Assembly (NCBI GenBank): GCA_009602725.1
Contig: WELB01000018.1
Coordinates: 978,078 to 1,042,077 of the forward strand
Reading direction: 5' to 3'
DNA from: Spirogloea muscicola
Lineage: Eukaryota
Length of the DNA: 64,000 nucleotides
Shown here: positions 51,438-64,000 of the stretch, piece after piece
How positions within the stretch are numbered: the first letter of the stretch is position 1
Layout of the letters: each line of letters starts with the position of its first letter
Made by a program: the position numbers and the translations under genes
Notes under the pieces: model-generated
Database searches by the model: none
Told to the model about the DNA's origin: nothing
The model's input: only the letters and a program-made list of their open reading frames with translations

Positions 51438-52307
51438 TGAAGCATTCCTGACCCTTAGGAGCCCAGTCAAGGGTCAGTTAGTCCTTATTGGTTTCGGTCA
51501 TAGGGAATTAGAGACAAACCCCCAGCACAGCGAAGCACCACGTGTTCTACACAACGGAAGTCTTGCCCTGAGATGCTGCGGATAGGCAGCAGCTCACCTC
51601 TCAAGTGCGGGCCAGCGACTGCAGTCACAGTCTCACTTACAGAGAGCCGATGTAGATCCGCGACGACGGGATGCGGCGACGGGCAGCGGCAGCAGGCAGC
51701 AGCAGGGCTGCGTCGGCGGGCTGCGGCAGCAGGCGGCAGCAGGGCTGCGCCTCTCTCTCGCGGGCTTCACTGAGTTTGGCCGAGTGACCCGAGTCTGCTC
51801 TCAGCCCTACTTGTCGTGCTTCAAGTGCCACCCTCCCAAGGGGTCTCTGGGAGGCTCGTCTCGGGGCCCACCTGGGGGAGGCGGGCCCGACAAGGGGAAT
51901 CTAGTACGAGGGAAGGCCACTCCCTTCCGGAAGCGGCGGCCGTCCTGCGGCGCCGCCGAATTGCGGCGGCGCCCTGCGGCGCTGGCTTGCGGTGCCGCCA
52001 GTGGGTCACCGGTGTGGCGCGGCATCACAGGCGCGCCACACGTGTCGCATACACGTCATTGCGGGCTTGACGGCAGATTCAGGTATATGCCGAGAAGCTC
52101 CGCTTTGGAAGTCCAGGATTCGTCACCTCTGCTGGAGGCGGCGCGCCTGCACGTCACATCGTAAGCAGCGCATCACACCGCGCAACACCTCGCGCGGGTC
52201 GCTCGCGCGTCGCATGCGCGTCGCACGCGTCAGGCACGTGCGCGTCAGTGGTTACACAATAGCGCTTGACTCGGAGTTAAGCGTCCCGTAACGGCGGGGA
52301 CGTTACA
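51438..52307 (-). repeat. Solo LTR family C
   Basis: TGAAGC..GTTACA, TSD CTCCC/CTCCG. Confidence 0.88.
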
Positions 52308-53696
52308 CTCCGGCTGGAAACGGAACGCCACTATGCACTCAGCCCAGCGTGCTTGACGCCTGCTCAATTGCTGTTGTGTGTGAAAGAAGGTCAACGGGGC
52401 AATGATCCGTTACAACCTTATATTGTATACCCTCGAGATAGCATCGCCACACACGTAGGGCGTGCACAACAGCAAGGAGCTCTTGCTCCTCCCCCGTAGT
52501 ATAGTTACGCTCTGCAGGACGAAGCAGGCGACTCTTAAATGCTACGGGGTGACCCTCCTGCAAGAGAACGGCACCAATGCCGATCAAAGAGGCGTCACAG
52601 ACTACTTCAAATGGCACGCCTTCTCGAGGCAAGGCCAAAGCGGGTGGATGCACCAGGACCCTTCTAATATTATCGAATGCCTTATGGCATTCGGACGTCC
52701 ACACCCAGCTGACGTCCTTACGAGTGAGCTTCGTAAGAGGAGATGCCATACCTCCGTATCCTTGCAGGAACTTACGGAAATAGTTATTGAATCCCAAAAA
52801 GGAACGCAACTGTGTCACATACCGTGGCACTGGCCAGTCCTTTACTACTGCAGTCCGTTTGGGGTCGATGCGAACCCCGTCTTTCTTTGCCCACAACGTG
52901 TCCTTAGTATATCAACTCCGGCTGGTTAAATACACGTTTAGACAGACCTCTTGGCACACAATTGATCTACACGCAGCAATTGCAGCACTGGCCGCAGGTG
53001 CAGTACGTGATTCTCAGGCGTTTTACTAAACACCAGGATATCATCCAAGTAGACCAACACGATATCATACATAGGGGGCAAACGACCTTCGTCATCAACG
53101 CCTAAAATGTGGCAGGTGCATTGGTTAGACCAGAGCTGAGCTACTTGAATTGGAAGTGACCGAGTGGCGTACGGAACGCCGACTTCGGGACGTCCTCAGG
53201 GGTGTTACGAATCTGGTGGTAACCGCTTTGCAGGTCGAGGAACTAAAGACATTAGCGCCTGCGAGACGATCGAACAGGTCGTCAATTCGCGACAAAGGAT
53301 ACCGGTTCTTGACAGTGAGCTTATTCAAGCTCTATAATCGATGAATATCCGACGACTACCATCCTTCTTCGTGACCAAGAGGATGGGCGCACCGTGCGGC
53401 GACTGGGAAGGCTCAATGTGCCTTTTACGTAGCAGGTCCGTCACTTGGGACTGCAATTTTCGGAATCCGAGAGGACTCAGTCGATACATCGGACGGTACG
53501 GCGGCAAAGCGCCGGGCTCCAATGGAATTGCATGAGCCACGCCTCGATTTGGAGGCAAACCGTCTGAAAGAGCATCCGGGTTGACATCCGAAACTCCGCC
53601 AACAAATTGTCAAGAGCCGCACCATGTGAGGCCACATACCTCACTACTACCGAGTCAGGAGGGGACTCATGTCTGATCACCATTAAGAGATACAAT

Positions 53697-54615
53697 TGTT
53701 ATGTCCCTGTCCCTAATCAGACAGTGAGGGTCAGAATCTCCTTCCTCTTTGGGTCCTCTTTGAGTTTCGCACATAGGGTGTTTTGGAGACAAGCCCCTTA
53801 CAGAGTGGAACGCCAGCGCCCACAGCGCACACGTACGCGCACATAGCGCAGCGGAAGTCTTACCCTGAGGCACCGCCGGAAGGCGGCGACTCGACCGAGG
53901 GTCAGCAGCTGTCCCCGCAAGGGGCGCGGCCATGGTACTTACAGAGAGCCGGCGAGGTCCGCAGCGACGAGCTGCGGCGACGGGCTGGGCAGCAGGCGGC
54001 AGCAGCAGAGCTGTGGCGGCGGCTTGCAGCAGCAGGCAGCAGCAGGGCTGTGGCGGCGGCTGCGGTAGCAGGCAGCAGCAGGGCTGTGCCTCTCTTGGCG
54101 TCACGGGTCCGACTGAGCAGTCTGGCCTCGGCCTACCACTGATAAGCATTCCATCTGCCACCCCTTCCCTGAGGTTGTGACGAGGGTCGCCCCCAAGGTC
54201 CTCCCCCGGAGAGGCGGGCCTGACAAGGAGATACGACGAATCCAAGAGACACTGGCGCACAGCGCCAAGGGACTGGCGCCAAGAAGTGGCGCACCAGGCC
54301 AAGAGCCTGGCTCGCGGGGCCAAGGGACTGAGGCCATGAGGCCATGATTTCAGGCGAGCTGGCCCACCCGGCCGGCCCGCAGGGCGTGGGCCTGAGGGAG
54401 CAGGAGAGAGGGAGAGCTGGCCCACCCGGCCAGCCCACAGGGCGTGGGCCCGAGGCGTGCGCACGTGGTACGGAGACCGGGACATCGAACCGTACTTAGC
54501 TACATACATTGGAGCAAAGCTACCGGTACCGTTTGGGACTTCAAAACGGTAGATACGATATGAACATGTAAGGTTACCGGCACCGTTGGCACTCTCAAAC
54601 GGAGGGCACGTCACA
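53697..54615 (-). repeat. LTR family B inserted between protease and RT
   Basis: TGTTATGTCCC..GTCACA; no clear TSD. Confidence 0.82.
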
Positions 54616-57600
54616 CAGACGAGGTGGGTTCTGCGTGAAGGAGCCTCTTCAATTGCACAGCCGACAGCTGAACAGAGGAGCCTGTCACCGGCGCTGATAC
54701 ATGGGCAACGTCTTTATACAGTACGAAACGACGAGCACCCTGTCGGGCCGAGCAAGTCCGCGCGTCAAAGTCGAGGAGGGCCTCACTAGCATGCAACCAG
54801 TCATTGCCCAAGATCACATCAAACCCCGGTGCCAACTCAACGACATGGCAAGACATAACCGTCTTATATTTTTGAATGCAAACAGGGGGTCTGACACAGG
54901 CCCGTGCTTCGGCACTTCAGCACTTTGTCCATTTGCCAGTGTAGCTTGTTGAATACCAGTGGCTTTTACACACAAACCATGTCACTCGCAAAATTCTTAC
55001 TGACACAGGAAAAAGAAGCCCCCGTGTCTACGAGTATCTGGGCTGGCTGAGTAGCCACCAGTCCCGAAAACGACATTGTTGGCGCGACAGCGCTGAGTGC
55101 CGAGGCACTTACTACCGTAAGAATATAAGCACAAGCTACAAATAATAGCAGTTTAGGAGGTCTTGGTGAAAGGCCACAGTCACTCCGTGCTCCACGTGGA
55201 GGTGGCCCGCCTTCTGGCGACACAATAAAGCCAGCCCTCTTGGAGTTAAAGTTTCCACTCCGCGACTGCATGGCACAAAAGAAGACAGATACTTTAGTAC
55301 CGTGTACACTGATCCTGCTCAAGTACATGCTCGCAGCTTCCTGCAACTCATTAGAAGGAACCCATACAACAAGGGGGCCTTCGTCTACCAGCGCTTGCAT
55401 AAGCCCATGCAGAGAGCGTACTACTGGCACCATAGACTTTGGACACACTCGTCCCACCAGTTCAAACAGAGTTTCCACTTCATGCCGCTGAAACACCCAC
55501 AAGGGGAAATAGGGAAGGCGTTCACGTTTTCCTTTGCCCTTATACTGGCCCTTCGGGCGCGTTGAGGCAGGCATAGACGGCGTCGGCTCCTTCGGCGGCT
55601 GCAGGCACTCCCGTACACGATGCCCCTCCGAGCCGCATCGGTAGCATGCCCGCTCGTCCACCGGGACAAACTTTGACTTTTCTTGGGCACTACCACTTGC
55701 CGAGGCGGCTGCCGGGGTCTTCCATCGTAGCCGTTCCGAGGCTTGAAGCGCTTGAACACCGAAGGACCCGGCGCGTCACGATCCTCACCACCACGGAGCA
55801 GGCGCTTCTTTGTAGGTACATGACGACTGCCGCGCTTGCTCGATGAATGTCTCCAACGTTGTTACAGCTTTGTGCGTGAGCTTGTCCAACTGGGATATGA
55901 CAGCCACGTGGTGCGGCAGGCCTGCCTTGAATCGTTGGACTTGATCCAGGTCATTCATGTTGCCGCACTTCATCAACAATAGATGGAACCGCCGTACATA
56001 ATCCTCAAAATGGTCATTGACCATTCGGATCACATCGAGTTGGTTGTCTGGCGTAGAGCTCCGCATGAACCTCTACGTACATGGTGCTTAACGAGCGGGT
56101 AAAGTAGTCCCAGGTGTTGTAAACCCGAGGTGTTGAGGACGATTTTGTACTGTCCCAAACAGCGGCGGAGTCTCCCATGAGATACTTGGCGGCGATCCCG
56201 ACCCGAGATGTTACAGGCGCCTCACGCAATTTAAACCACGCATTCATCTCTCGCAACCAGGCGGCGAGGCTGCCTTGCCCGTCGCATTTTGAAGGCTGGC
56301 ACGGCTGGGCGCGCCCCAACCGTGCACCATGGCTAACCTTAGCCCGGAGACGTTGAACTCGTTCAGCTCGAAGCGACTCCCCTTCGAGTCAGCTCCTAAG
56401 CTCCAGAGTTACAGGAAGAACCTTGCATTGGCAGCCGTATCACTAAGAAATATTACGAGGCTATCCAGATGCAAGGACACCTCTGATACCAATGAAACGT
56501 TCTTAAGTCCTAGACACGCAGTTAGGGGTTAGTACGTCCTGGTTTGAGTTCGGACCTAGGGAGTTTAGGAACTACCCCCTTTACAGAGTGGAAATGCCAG
56601 TGCACACAGAACACATACGCGCATACCGCGCAGCCGAAGTCTTACCGTGAGGCACCGCCGAAAGGCGGCGACTCTACTCAGGGTCTGGCTTAGTATCTCC
56701 AGATGGGGCGCAAGCATGGCACTTACGGAGAGCCGGCTATGGATGCAGCGACGAGCTGCAGCGACGGGCTGAGCAGCGGACGGCAGCAGCAGAGCTGTGG
56801 CGGAGGCTGCGGCAGCAGGCAAGCAGGGCTGTGCCTCTCTCGGCGTCACGGGTCCGACTGGGCAGTCTGGCCTCGGCCCACTACAGATAGCGTTCCACCT
56901 GCCACCCCTCCCCCGAGGGTGTGACGAGGGTCGTCCCAGGGCCCACCTCGGGGGGGCGGGCCCAACAGTGGGGACACAGAATACGTGTGTGACGAGGGGA
57001 GCCCCAGGGGCCCACACTTGGCGGGGCTCGCCCGAGAGCGAGCCCGGGAATAGCTACACAGAGTGCAGCGGACTGACCGGCACCGTGGAAGACGCCCCAA
57101 CGGTGACGAGACGATAATGGAGGCTTCCGGCACAGAACACATACGCGCATACCGCGCAGCCGAAGTCTTACCCTGAGGCACCGCCGAAAGGCGGCGACTC
57201 TACTGAGGGTCTGGCTTAGTATCCCAAGATGAGGCGCAAGCATGGCCCTTACGGAGAGCCGGCGATGGATGCAGCGACGAGCTGCGGTGACGGGCTGAGC
57301 AGCAGACGGCAGCAGCAGAGCTGTAGCGGCGGCTGCGGCAGCAAGCAAGCAGGGCTGTGCCTCTCTCGGCGTCACGGGTCGACTGGGCAGTCTGGCCTCG
57401 GCCTACTACAGATAGCGTTCCACCTGCCACCCCTCCCCCGAGGGTGTGACGAGGGTCGTCCCAGGGCCCACCTCGGGGGGGCGGGCCCAACAATGGGGAC
57501 ACAGAATACGTGTGTGACGAGGGGAGCCCCAGGGGCCCACCCTTGGCGGGGCTCGCCCGAGAGCGAGCCCGGGAATAGCATGGCCGCAGCCGAACATGCC

Positions 57601-57654
57601 GCCGAGGGCGTGCGGGCCCACGCATGCCGCCGAGCATGACGGGAGCATGCGAGG

Positions 57655-58248
57655 TGTAATGAATCAGCCGTTTGGTTAAGCCACGTGGCTCTGTTGGCAT
57701 TACATGACCGGCCATTTGGGACAAGTGGCCCGCCAGGTGGCGGGCTGGCTTGCCGGGCAGGTGCCCCGCCCAGAGGCGGACCCCGCCCAGAGGCGGGCCC
57801 CGCCCGTGCTTAAATACCCTCGCCAGGATTCACCCGTTCAAGGGAGGACCTTTGGCCTGCCGCACGGCGGACCTTGGGGCGACCCGCTCACACCCCTGGA
57901 GTGGGGGTGGCACGGGGAAGCACAAGGAGCCTTGGGGGCTGAGGCTCGAGAAGGAGTTCGGACCGGTGAAGCCCAGGAGCAGCCTTGCCGCTGCTTGCCG
58001 CCGCAGCCGCCGCCGCAGCCTGCTGCGGGGCTTGCTGCGGGGAGTCCGTGGCTGCGCCCGTAAAGGGCCAGTTGCTGGCTCGCGCCAGGAGGTGGAGTCG
58101 CCGCCGGACGGCGGCGCCACAGGGCCTGTCTTCCACTGCGCTATGCGCTAGTGCTTTGCCGTGTAGAGGGTTGGTCCCTAAATCCCCACAGCCGACCTTA
58201 ACAAGGACGACTCACCCTAATTGCGTTTGTAGGGGCGAATTCACTACA
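57655..58248 (+). repeat. Solo LTR family A
   Basis: TGTAATG..CTACA with TSD CGAGG/CGAGG. Confidence 0.92.
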
Positions 58249-59455
58249 CGAGGCCACCCGATCGAGCCTGGACGGAACGACAACAGCACGAGTGCCAGGG
58301 CAGTTCATACCGTCCGGCACGAACGCCCAAACGAACACCATGTTAGCGTCAACAAGACCGTTTGGCGCTCACGAACCTGGGAACGTTACAACCGGTGCCA
58401 TCGCTTCAAGGCTGGGCTGCCCGCCAAGATGCAAATGTGGGTCGCGGTGGGATTTACCACTTCGCTGTCATGCGTGGGATTTTCTGTAAGATGGTGGAGC
58501 ACGCCAGGAAAGTGCTCAGCACGCTGGCCAATGGGCTGGGACAAGCGTCTCCTGTTGGAGGCAGGTGGATCTGCAGAGGCACAGCGGGGCAAGAAGATGT
58601 TCCACCCTAAGGAGGGTCGAGCGCTCGTCCTCAAGGCGGCTTCCAGAACCCGCGAGTTGAAGGTTGGCTGCCATTGCTGCGGCGACGAGGGTCATCAGAT
58701 CAAGGACTGCCATGCGGCAGGTCCCTCTTCTTCCAGGTCACGTCCACAGCGCTCTATGGGCCGGGACAAGGGCAACTTCAAGGGCAAGCGTGAGTAGCTT
58801 ACCCTTGCCTCTGAGAGCTATCCCATTCAGCCAGACATATGTGTGCTATTTGGTGTGCCCATCCCCGGAAGTAGTGCAATACCGGGGCGACGCGGGCCCG
58901 AGTTGCAAGCTGCCCCTCTTGCTGGCATAGCTTGCCCGCCATCCACAGAACCGGTTGTACGCTCGACTTCTGCTTTGTTGCAAGGTCTGGAGGTCGGAGG
59001 GCCTTTGCTTGTGTGGGTTGCCCACAATGACTGGCAAATGGCTGCAGACATTTACCTGAGCTGGCCTGCGCGCCGTCGGCCTGGAGATTTTGTGTTCTTC
59101 ATTGTGCCACACAGGCGCGGCGTGATTGATCAACCTCCGCTCGAGATGTCGCTGTTGTGCTCGCACGAGGCGGAACACAGGCTCCTCAGGCGTAGTGTTG
59201 ATGCCACTCAGCTTAGGCTGTACCCGCAGATGTCAGGGTATATGTTGCTCGCACCCCACTTCTTGGTAGCAGTGTACGTTGGGTTCACACTATGTCATTT
59301 GAGTGGCTGGTTGCTGATGCACCAGCCAGGATCCTCCTGGACTCAGGAGCCTCAGTGTCCTCTGTAAGTAAGGATTTGGTGTAGTCCACTGGCTTGAATT
59401 TGCAAGCAGATGATTTGTCTAGAGTGACATTGGCCGATGGCCACCCCACCTATGT

Positions 59456-60030
59456 TGTAAGGACCCTCGCCCCTGCACACGCAATTAGGGTGAGTCGCCC
59501 ATGTTATATTCGGCTTTAGTGGGTTAGGAGCGGACCCACTACACAAGTGAAGCACTAGCGCATAGGTGCAGCGGAAGACAGGCCCTGTGGCGCCGCCGTC
59601 CAGCGGCGACTCCACCTTCTGGGCGCTAGCCAGCAGCTGTTTCCCAGGGGCCGCAGCCACAATCTCCCCGCAGCAAGCCCCGCAGCAGGCTGCGGCGGCC
59701 GCTGCGGCGGCAGGCAGCGGCAAGGCTGCTCTTGAGCTTCACAGGTCAGAGGGGATGGCGGGTCTCAGCCCAAGGCTCGTAGTGCTTCCCCGTGCCAACC
59801 CCCCTCCTGGCGTGTCTGCGGGTCGCCCCATGGCCTGCCTTGCGGCGGGCCAAATATCCTCCCTTGGACGGGTGGATCCTGGCGAGGGGTATTTTAGAAC
59901 GGGCGGGGCCCGCACCTAAGCGGGCCACTTGCTCGGCAAGCCAGCCCGCCACCTGGCGGCCCACTTGTCCGTCAAAGTAGCGGTCTTATAACGCTGACAG
60001 CACCGTGTGGCTTCACCAAAGAATCCGGCA
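59456..60030 (-). repeat. Solo LTR family A in the protease gene
   Basis: Splits ADGHPT/VLGLC; imperfect TSD TATGT/GATGT. Confidence 0.85.
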
Positions 60031-60943
60031 GATGTGCTGGGTCTATGCAAGGTCCCTTCCGCATTCAGCAATACAAGGACGAGGTGCCTTGTTACGTCAC
60101 TGTGTTGGCTGCTGCTGATGTTATATTGGGTGATGATTGGCTTTGTGCCACATCGGCATGCCGTGATTTTGAAAGCCAAACTTGTGCTGTACAACATGCC
60201 GCACGGCCCCTTGTCCTTTGCAACAAGCTTCCCTGTGGAATGCCGCTGGTTGCAGGGGCTTCCATTCTGCTGTCCGCCATGCAGATGAAGCGATCAGTTC
60301 ACAAGTATACTATGCAGACGGCACATCTTGTGATTGTGGCGTTGAATGACGAGTCTGAGCCTGACTCGTGTGTGAATGCTGCGCTTTCACATGGCGGGAT
60401 TCTTGATAAGTTGTTGGAAGAGTTTGCGGACGTCCTCCCGACTCACTTCCGGACGGTCTACCTCCTTATCGAGGTGTGGCTCTACCGTTCCAATGGGACT
60501 AGGCGCTGATCCGCCGTACCGTCCCACGTACCAGCTGAGCCCTCTCAACTCAGAAAGTAATCCCAGGTGGAGGATCTGCTGCGAAAGGGCCATGTTGAGC
60601 CATCTCAGTCGCCGTCCGGTGCACCTATCTTCTTTGTCGAGAAGAACAATGGCAGTCTTCGGATGTGCATTGACCATCGGGGTTTGGACAAGCTCACTAT
60701 TAAGAAGCGATACCCGTTGCCTCGGATAGATTACCTGTTTGATTTGGCTTGCAGGGGCTACTATGTGTAGCTCCCTGCTAAGTGGGTATCACCATATTCG
60801 TATCACGCCTGCGGATGTTCCGAAGTCGGCGTTCCATACTCCGCTTGGACACCTTCAGTTCAAGGTGCTAAGCTTTGGTTTGACCAAAGCACCGGCTATG
60901 TTGCAGGCTGTGATGACGAGGGTCTTTGGCCCCGAGCTCTATG

Positions 60944-61349
60944 GAGAATAGTGCAAGTCTGGGATATGCTCGACGTGAGGATATGCTTCCAGCTCAGATG
61001 GGCATGCCGGCAGCCTAATTTTCATTCGTGCGTTGTCGGGCTGGTTGTTCCAGCCCCTATTCTCAATGGGCGAGCACTTTCTTCTTTCATTCGTGCGTTG
61101 TCGAGTGTCAGCTTGTCTGCACCGAGCTCAGCTCTCATGCGTTGCATCAGAAAGCTGGTCGAGTGTTAGCTGGTAGCTCAAGAGCTTGTCGATTGCCGTC
61201 TGGTATTCGGGCATCACTTAGCGACCTCTATGTCCTGACTCGTGGTTACTGAGCGGGTCAGCTTAGCAGCAGGTGATGTACATATGTCGATGTGCTTGCC
61301 TTTGTACTTGGCCACACAGATCCTCCATCTCTTAATACACTCTCCTTCT
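60944..61349. mobile_element. Unclassified ~400-bp insertion in RT
   Basis: Flanked by TCTATG direct repeats (60938-60943, 61350-61355) just before the YLDD codons. Confidence 0.65.
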
Positions 61350-64000
61350 TCTATGACTTTATGCTGATTACTTGGACGACATACTGGCGTTCAGCAAAAC
61401 GCCGGAGGATCACGTGGGCCACCTGAGCCTGAGTGCCGCAGTTGCTGCGAGAGAATGAACTGTATGCCAAGAGGTACAAGTGCGCAATTTACCAGCAAGA
61501 GCTGACATACCGTGTGCATGTTGTGGGCAAAGACGGCATACGTGTCGACCCCAAGAAGACTTCGGTCGTAAGGGGTTGGCATGTGCCACGGAATCTACCT
61601 CGATTGCGCTCCTTTTTGGGATTCGCAAATCACTTCCGTAAATGCCTACAAGGCTATGGGAAATTGGCACTTCCTCTTACGAAGCCGACTCGTAAGGACG
61701 TACCCTGGGAGTGTTCGTCCAAATGCCAGAGGGCATACGATGGCATACAGCAGGGCTGACATCTCCGCCTGTTCTGGCCTTTCCTCTGAAAGGCGTGCCA
61801 TATGAGCTCATCTGCGATGCCTCTTTGACCGGCGTTGGTGCCGTGCTCTTGCAAGAGGGTCACCCAATAGCGTATGAGAGTCGCCTGCTGATCCCTGCAG
61901 GGCAAGATTACGCTACGGGCGAGCAGGTATTGCTGGCTGTGGTGCACGCCTTACGTGTCTGGCGTAGCTACCTGGAGGGTGTGGGATTTACGGTGGTCAC
62001 GGATCATCGCCCGTTGACGTATTATCACACACATCAGCATTTGTCTCGACTGTCGAGCTCGATGGGCTGAGTGAATGCAAACATTCAATTTCCAGTGGGT
62101 GTACCCGGCCCTGGACGGCTCAATGTTGCGGACCCAGTGAGTCGACAACATTCGAGGGGCTGGTGTGTAGAAGAAGGGTTGATGTGTTGGCTACCTTGAA
62201 GTGGAGTGCGGGCTGCAGGACTGCGTCTGACACATCGAGCTTCTTGGCAACCCACGGTCGACCTCTCTGAGCTGTACGTGCGTATTCGTGAAGGGTATTG
62301 CAAAGACCCACGGTTTCCTGAGGCAGCCAACGTACGCTCCCTCGCCGATGACGAAGGCTTCTGGTGGCAAGGCGACGCTATTGTAGTCCCGGACTGCAGT
62401 GCCTTGCGCACTGACATCATGCACGAGCTGCATGATATGCCTTACAGCGGTCATCTGGAATAGGGCAAGACCAAACAGGCTTGCTTCAATCTCAAACAGA
62501 CTATGATAGGTATCTGCATTTGTAATGATGCAAGTTACTGACAATGACGTCTGCTTAGCTGAATCATCAGAGTACAGTGTGACCGGCAAAGGATTTTGGG
62601 TAGTACTTAAGATTTTGTCCGTACCACCAGTTGCAGTCTAAATGTTCAAGTCGCTATGGACAATCTGACAACTGCAGCTTCAGTAATCTTATTTTACCCC
62701 GAAGTACAGGCTGGGCACCTGAGCCGACCAGAACCAATGGAGGCCGCGACGACTCAATCTTCAAATGCCTGAACTGTTGTCCAGCATTGTAGCAGACAAA
62801 AAAGTTTTATTCCTCACTCGGTGTCTTGCAAGGTGCAGAGCCGGAGATAAATCCGCCTTCTTAGGTTCACCAAAAGAAGATAAGGACGTACAGGAGGTAC
62901 GTACCACGCTAAGGGGGCTGTTCTCATTTAGCTTGGTTCACATTGTACCAGTATGTACTGTCCTTGTTCCCAAGGACGTGAACACGCCGTCGTGATATGG
63001 CAACAACACAACACTTCCACAGAAGACCCATCCATGAGGGTGCAAAGACCCCTGGATGAGATGACACCGACATTGGTGTTCAAGTGACATTCCTAAGACC
63101 AAGCAACGAGACGGGCTGCAGGAAAGCATGTCATACGGTCGTGGCGCCTTATACACATCATGGAGCAGCCTCATATGGGCAGAACTGCCTAGATAGGGGT
63201 ACTAAACGGATGCTCGAGGCTTTCTATGCATAGTAGTCATTATAGCACTGTTTAATTTCGTGCTCGTAAGTATCCGCCACACTGATGTGTGTCTTCATAC
63301 ACTTATACTAGCATATATAAAGGTGAGCAATGCAAAGTTGCAGATTATACAAATGAAAGGCAAGGAGGGGGGTCACAAAATTAAGAGGCATGGAAGGACA
63401 ATTAAACACCAACAGCCTGCACTGTCACAGAGTCAGGCCTGTGCCAGGTATGGGAACAAGGTGCCCTTATATTGTATTTGGACCCTTCATATATTAGTAG
63501 ATTAGGTGGTCAATCTCAAGACCAACAGACGCAGCTCACTTAAGTGCGCTGTACCATCTGAGGCCCCACCGAGCTACAAGACTTGCAATACATGCCAGAT
63601 TAAAGCGGCACTCGAGGTGGCACATGTACAATATAGCAGGTTACACAACCGACACTGCACAAGGTGATACTAGGCCTTGCCACTTAAGACTTTCTCACAA
63701 GTGAAGGCATCACATGTTGTAATTGGCATGCGGCGCCGTCGTTGGCTGGGGAATAGCCATTGATGAGAGGCCCTTTACATCATACGGAGAATGTGTTGGG
63801 GCGTGGAGGGCCTCTTGGAAAAGGAGGATACTGTCCAGATGCAGTGGCTTGAATATAAGGTCGTTGTGCATGACCAGCTTGCAAATGAGACGAGTTGAAG
63901 GTGGAGCTCTGCACAGGTAAAGGCTGTGGCGGATTGGCACCCAACCCAGGTATCAAGGCCGATGAAGTCTCCAGTTCCGGTTGCAGACCTGCACTCCAAG

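Larger units (their letters stand above)
49070..58390 (-). mobile_element. Near full-length family D chromovirus (3' LTR 49070-49747; 5' LTR from 56493 with internal tandem duplication)
   Basis: Highly similar LTRs; PBS 56481-56491; PPT from 49748; gag CYRCGSEGHRVREC, protease ILVDTGAS, RT, RH, INT, CHD; outer boundary approximate. Confidence 0.85.
58391..62845 (+). mobile_element. Decayed chromovirus internal region: gag end, extra domain, PR, RT, RH, start of INT, captured insert
   Basis: [50 protein letters not shown]. Confidence 0.85.

Noticed and set aside
14734..59980. Recurring ORFs such as AAAAAALRCGACCAGLRPGGG
   Set aside because: They are translations of GC-rich LTR repeats, with frames not conserved between copies
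63540..64000. Possible host exon at the window end
   Set aside because: Only short ORFs with no recognisable motif

Overview
Eukaryotic nuclear DNA, GC-rich with spliceosomal introns, probably from a green or streptophyte alga (inferred from plant-type mitochondrial tRNAs and chromovirus-type retroelements). Bases ~220-12,000 hold three intron-containing host genes: NOC3 (+), a class II DnaJ/Hsp40 (-) and a DAO-family FAD-dependent oxidoreductase (+). From ~13.5 kb to ~63 kb the window is almost entirely a nested island of decayed Ty3/gypsy chromodomain-bearing LTR retrotransposons. These have a tRNA-iMet PBS, PPT GTGGGGAGGTA and at least four related LTR families (labelled A-D here), with many solo LTRs showing 5-bp TSDs. 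Embedded in the island are: a ~670-bp mitochondrial insert (nad6 5'-trnE-trnR-trnI-trnG-atp6 3') splitting a Gag zinc knuckle, a truncated RLE-type non-LTR retrotransposon, a captured non-TE segment present twice, and a small TSD-flanked insert. The most interesting candidate is a conserved extra ~130-aa domain between Gag and protease in four elements. It resembles a catalytically degenerate Dam-like adenine methyltransferase. A conserved stem-loop module is shared by all LTR families. All calls were made by eye with no database searches, so element boundaries without TG..CA termini or a TSD are approximate.
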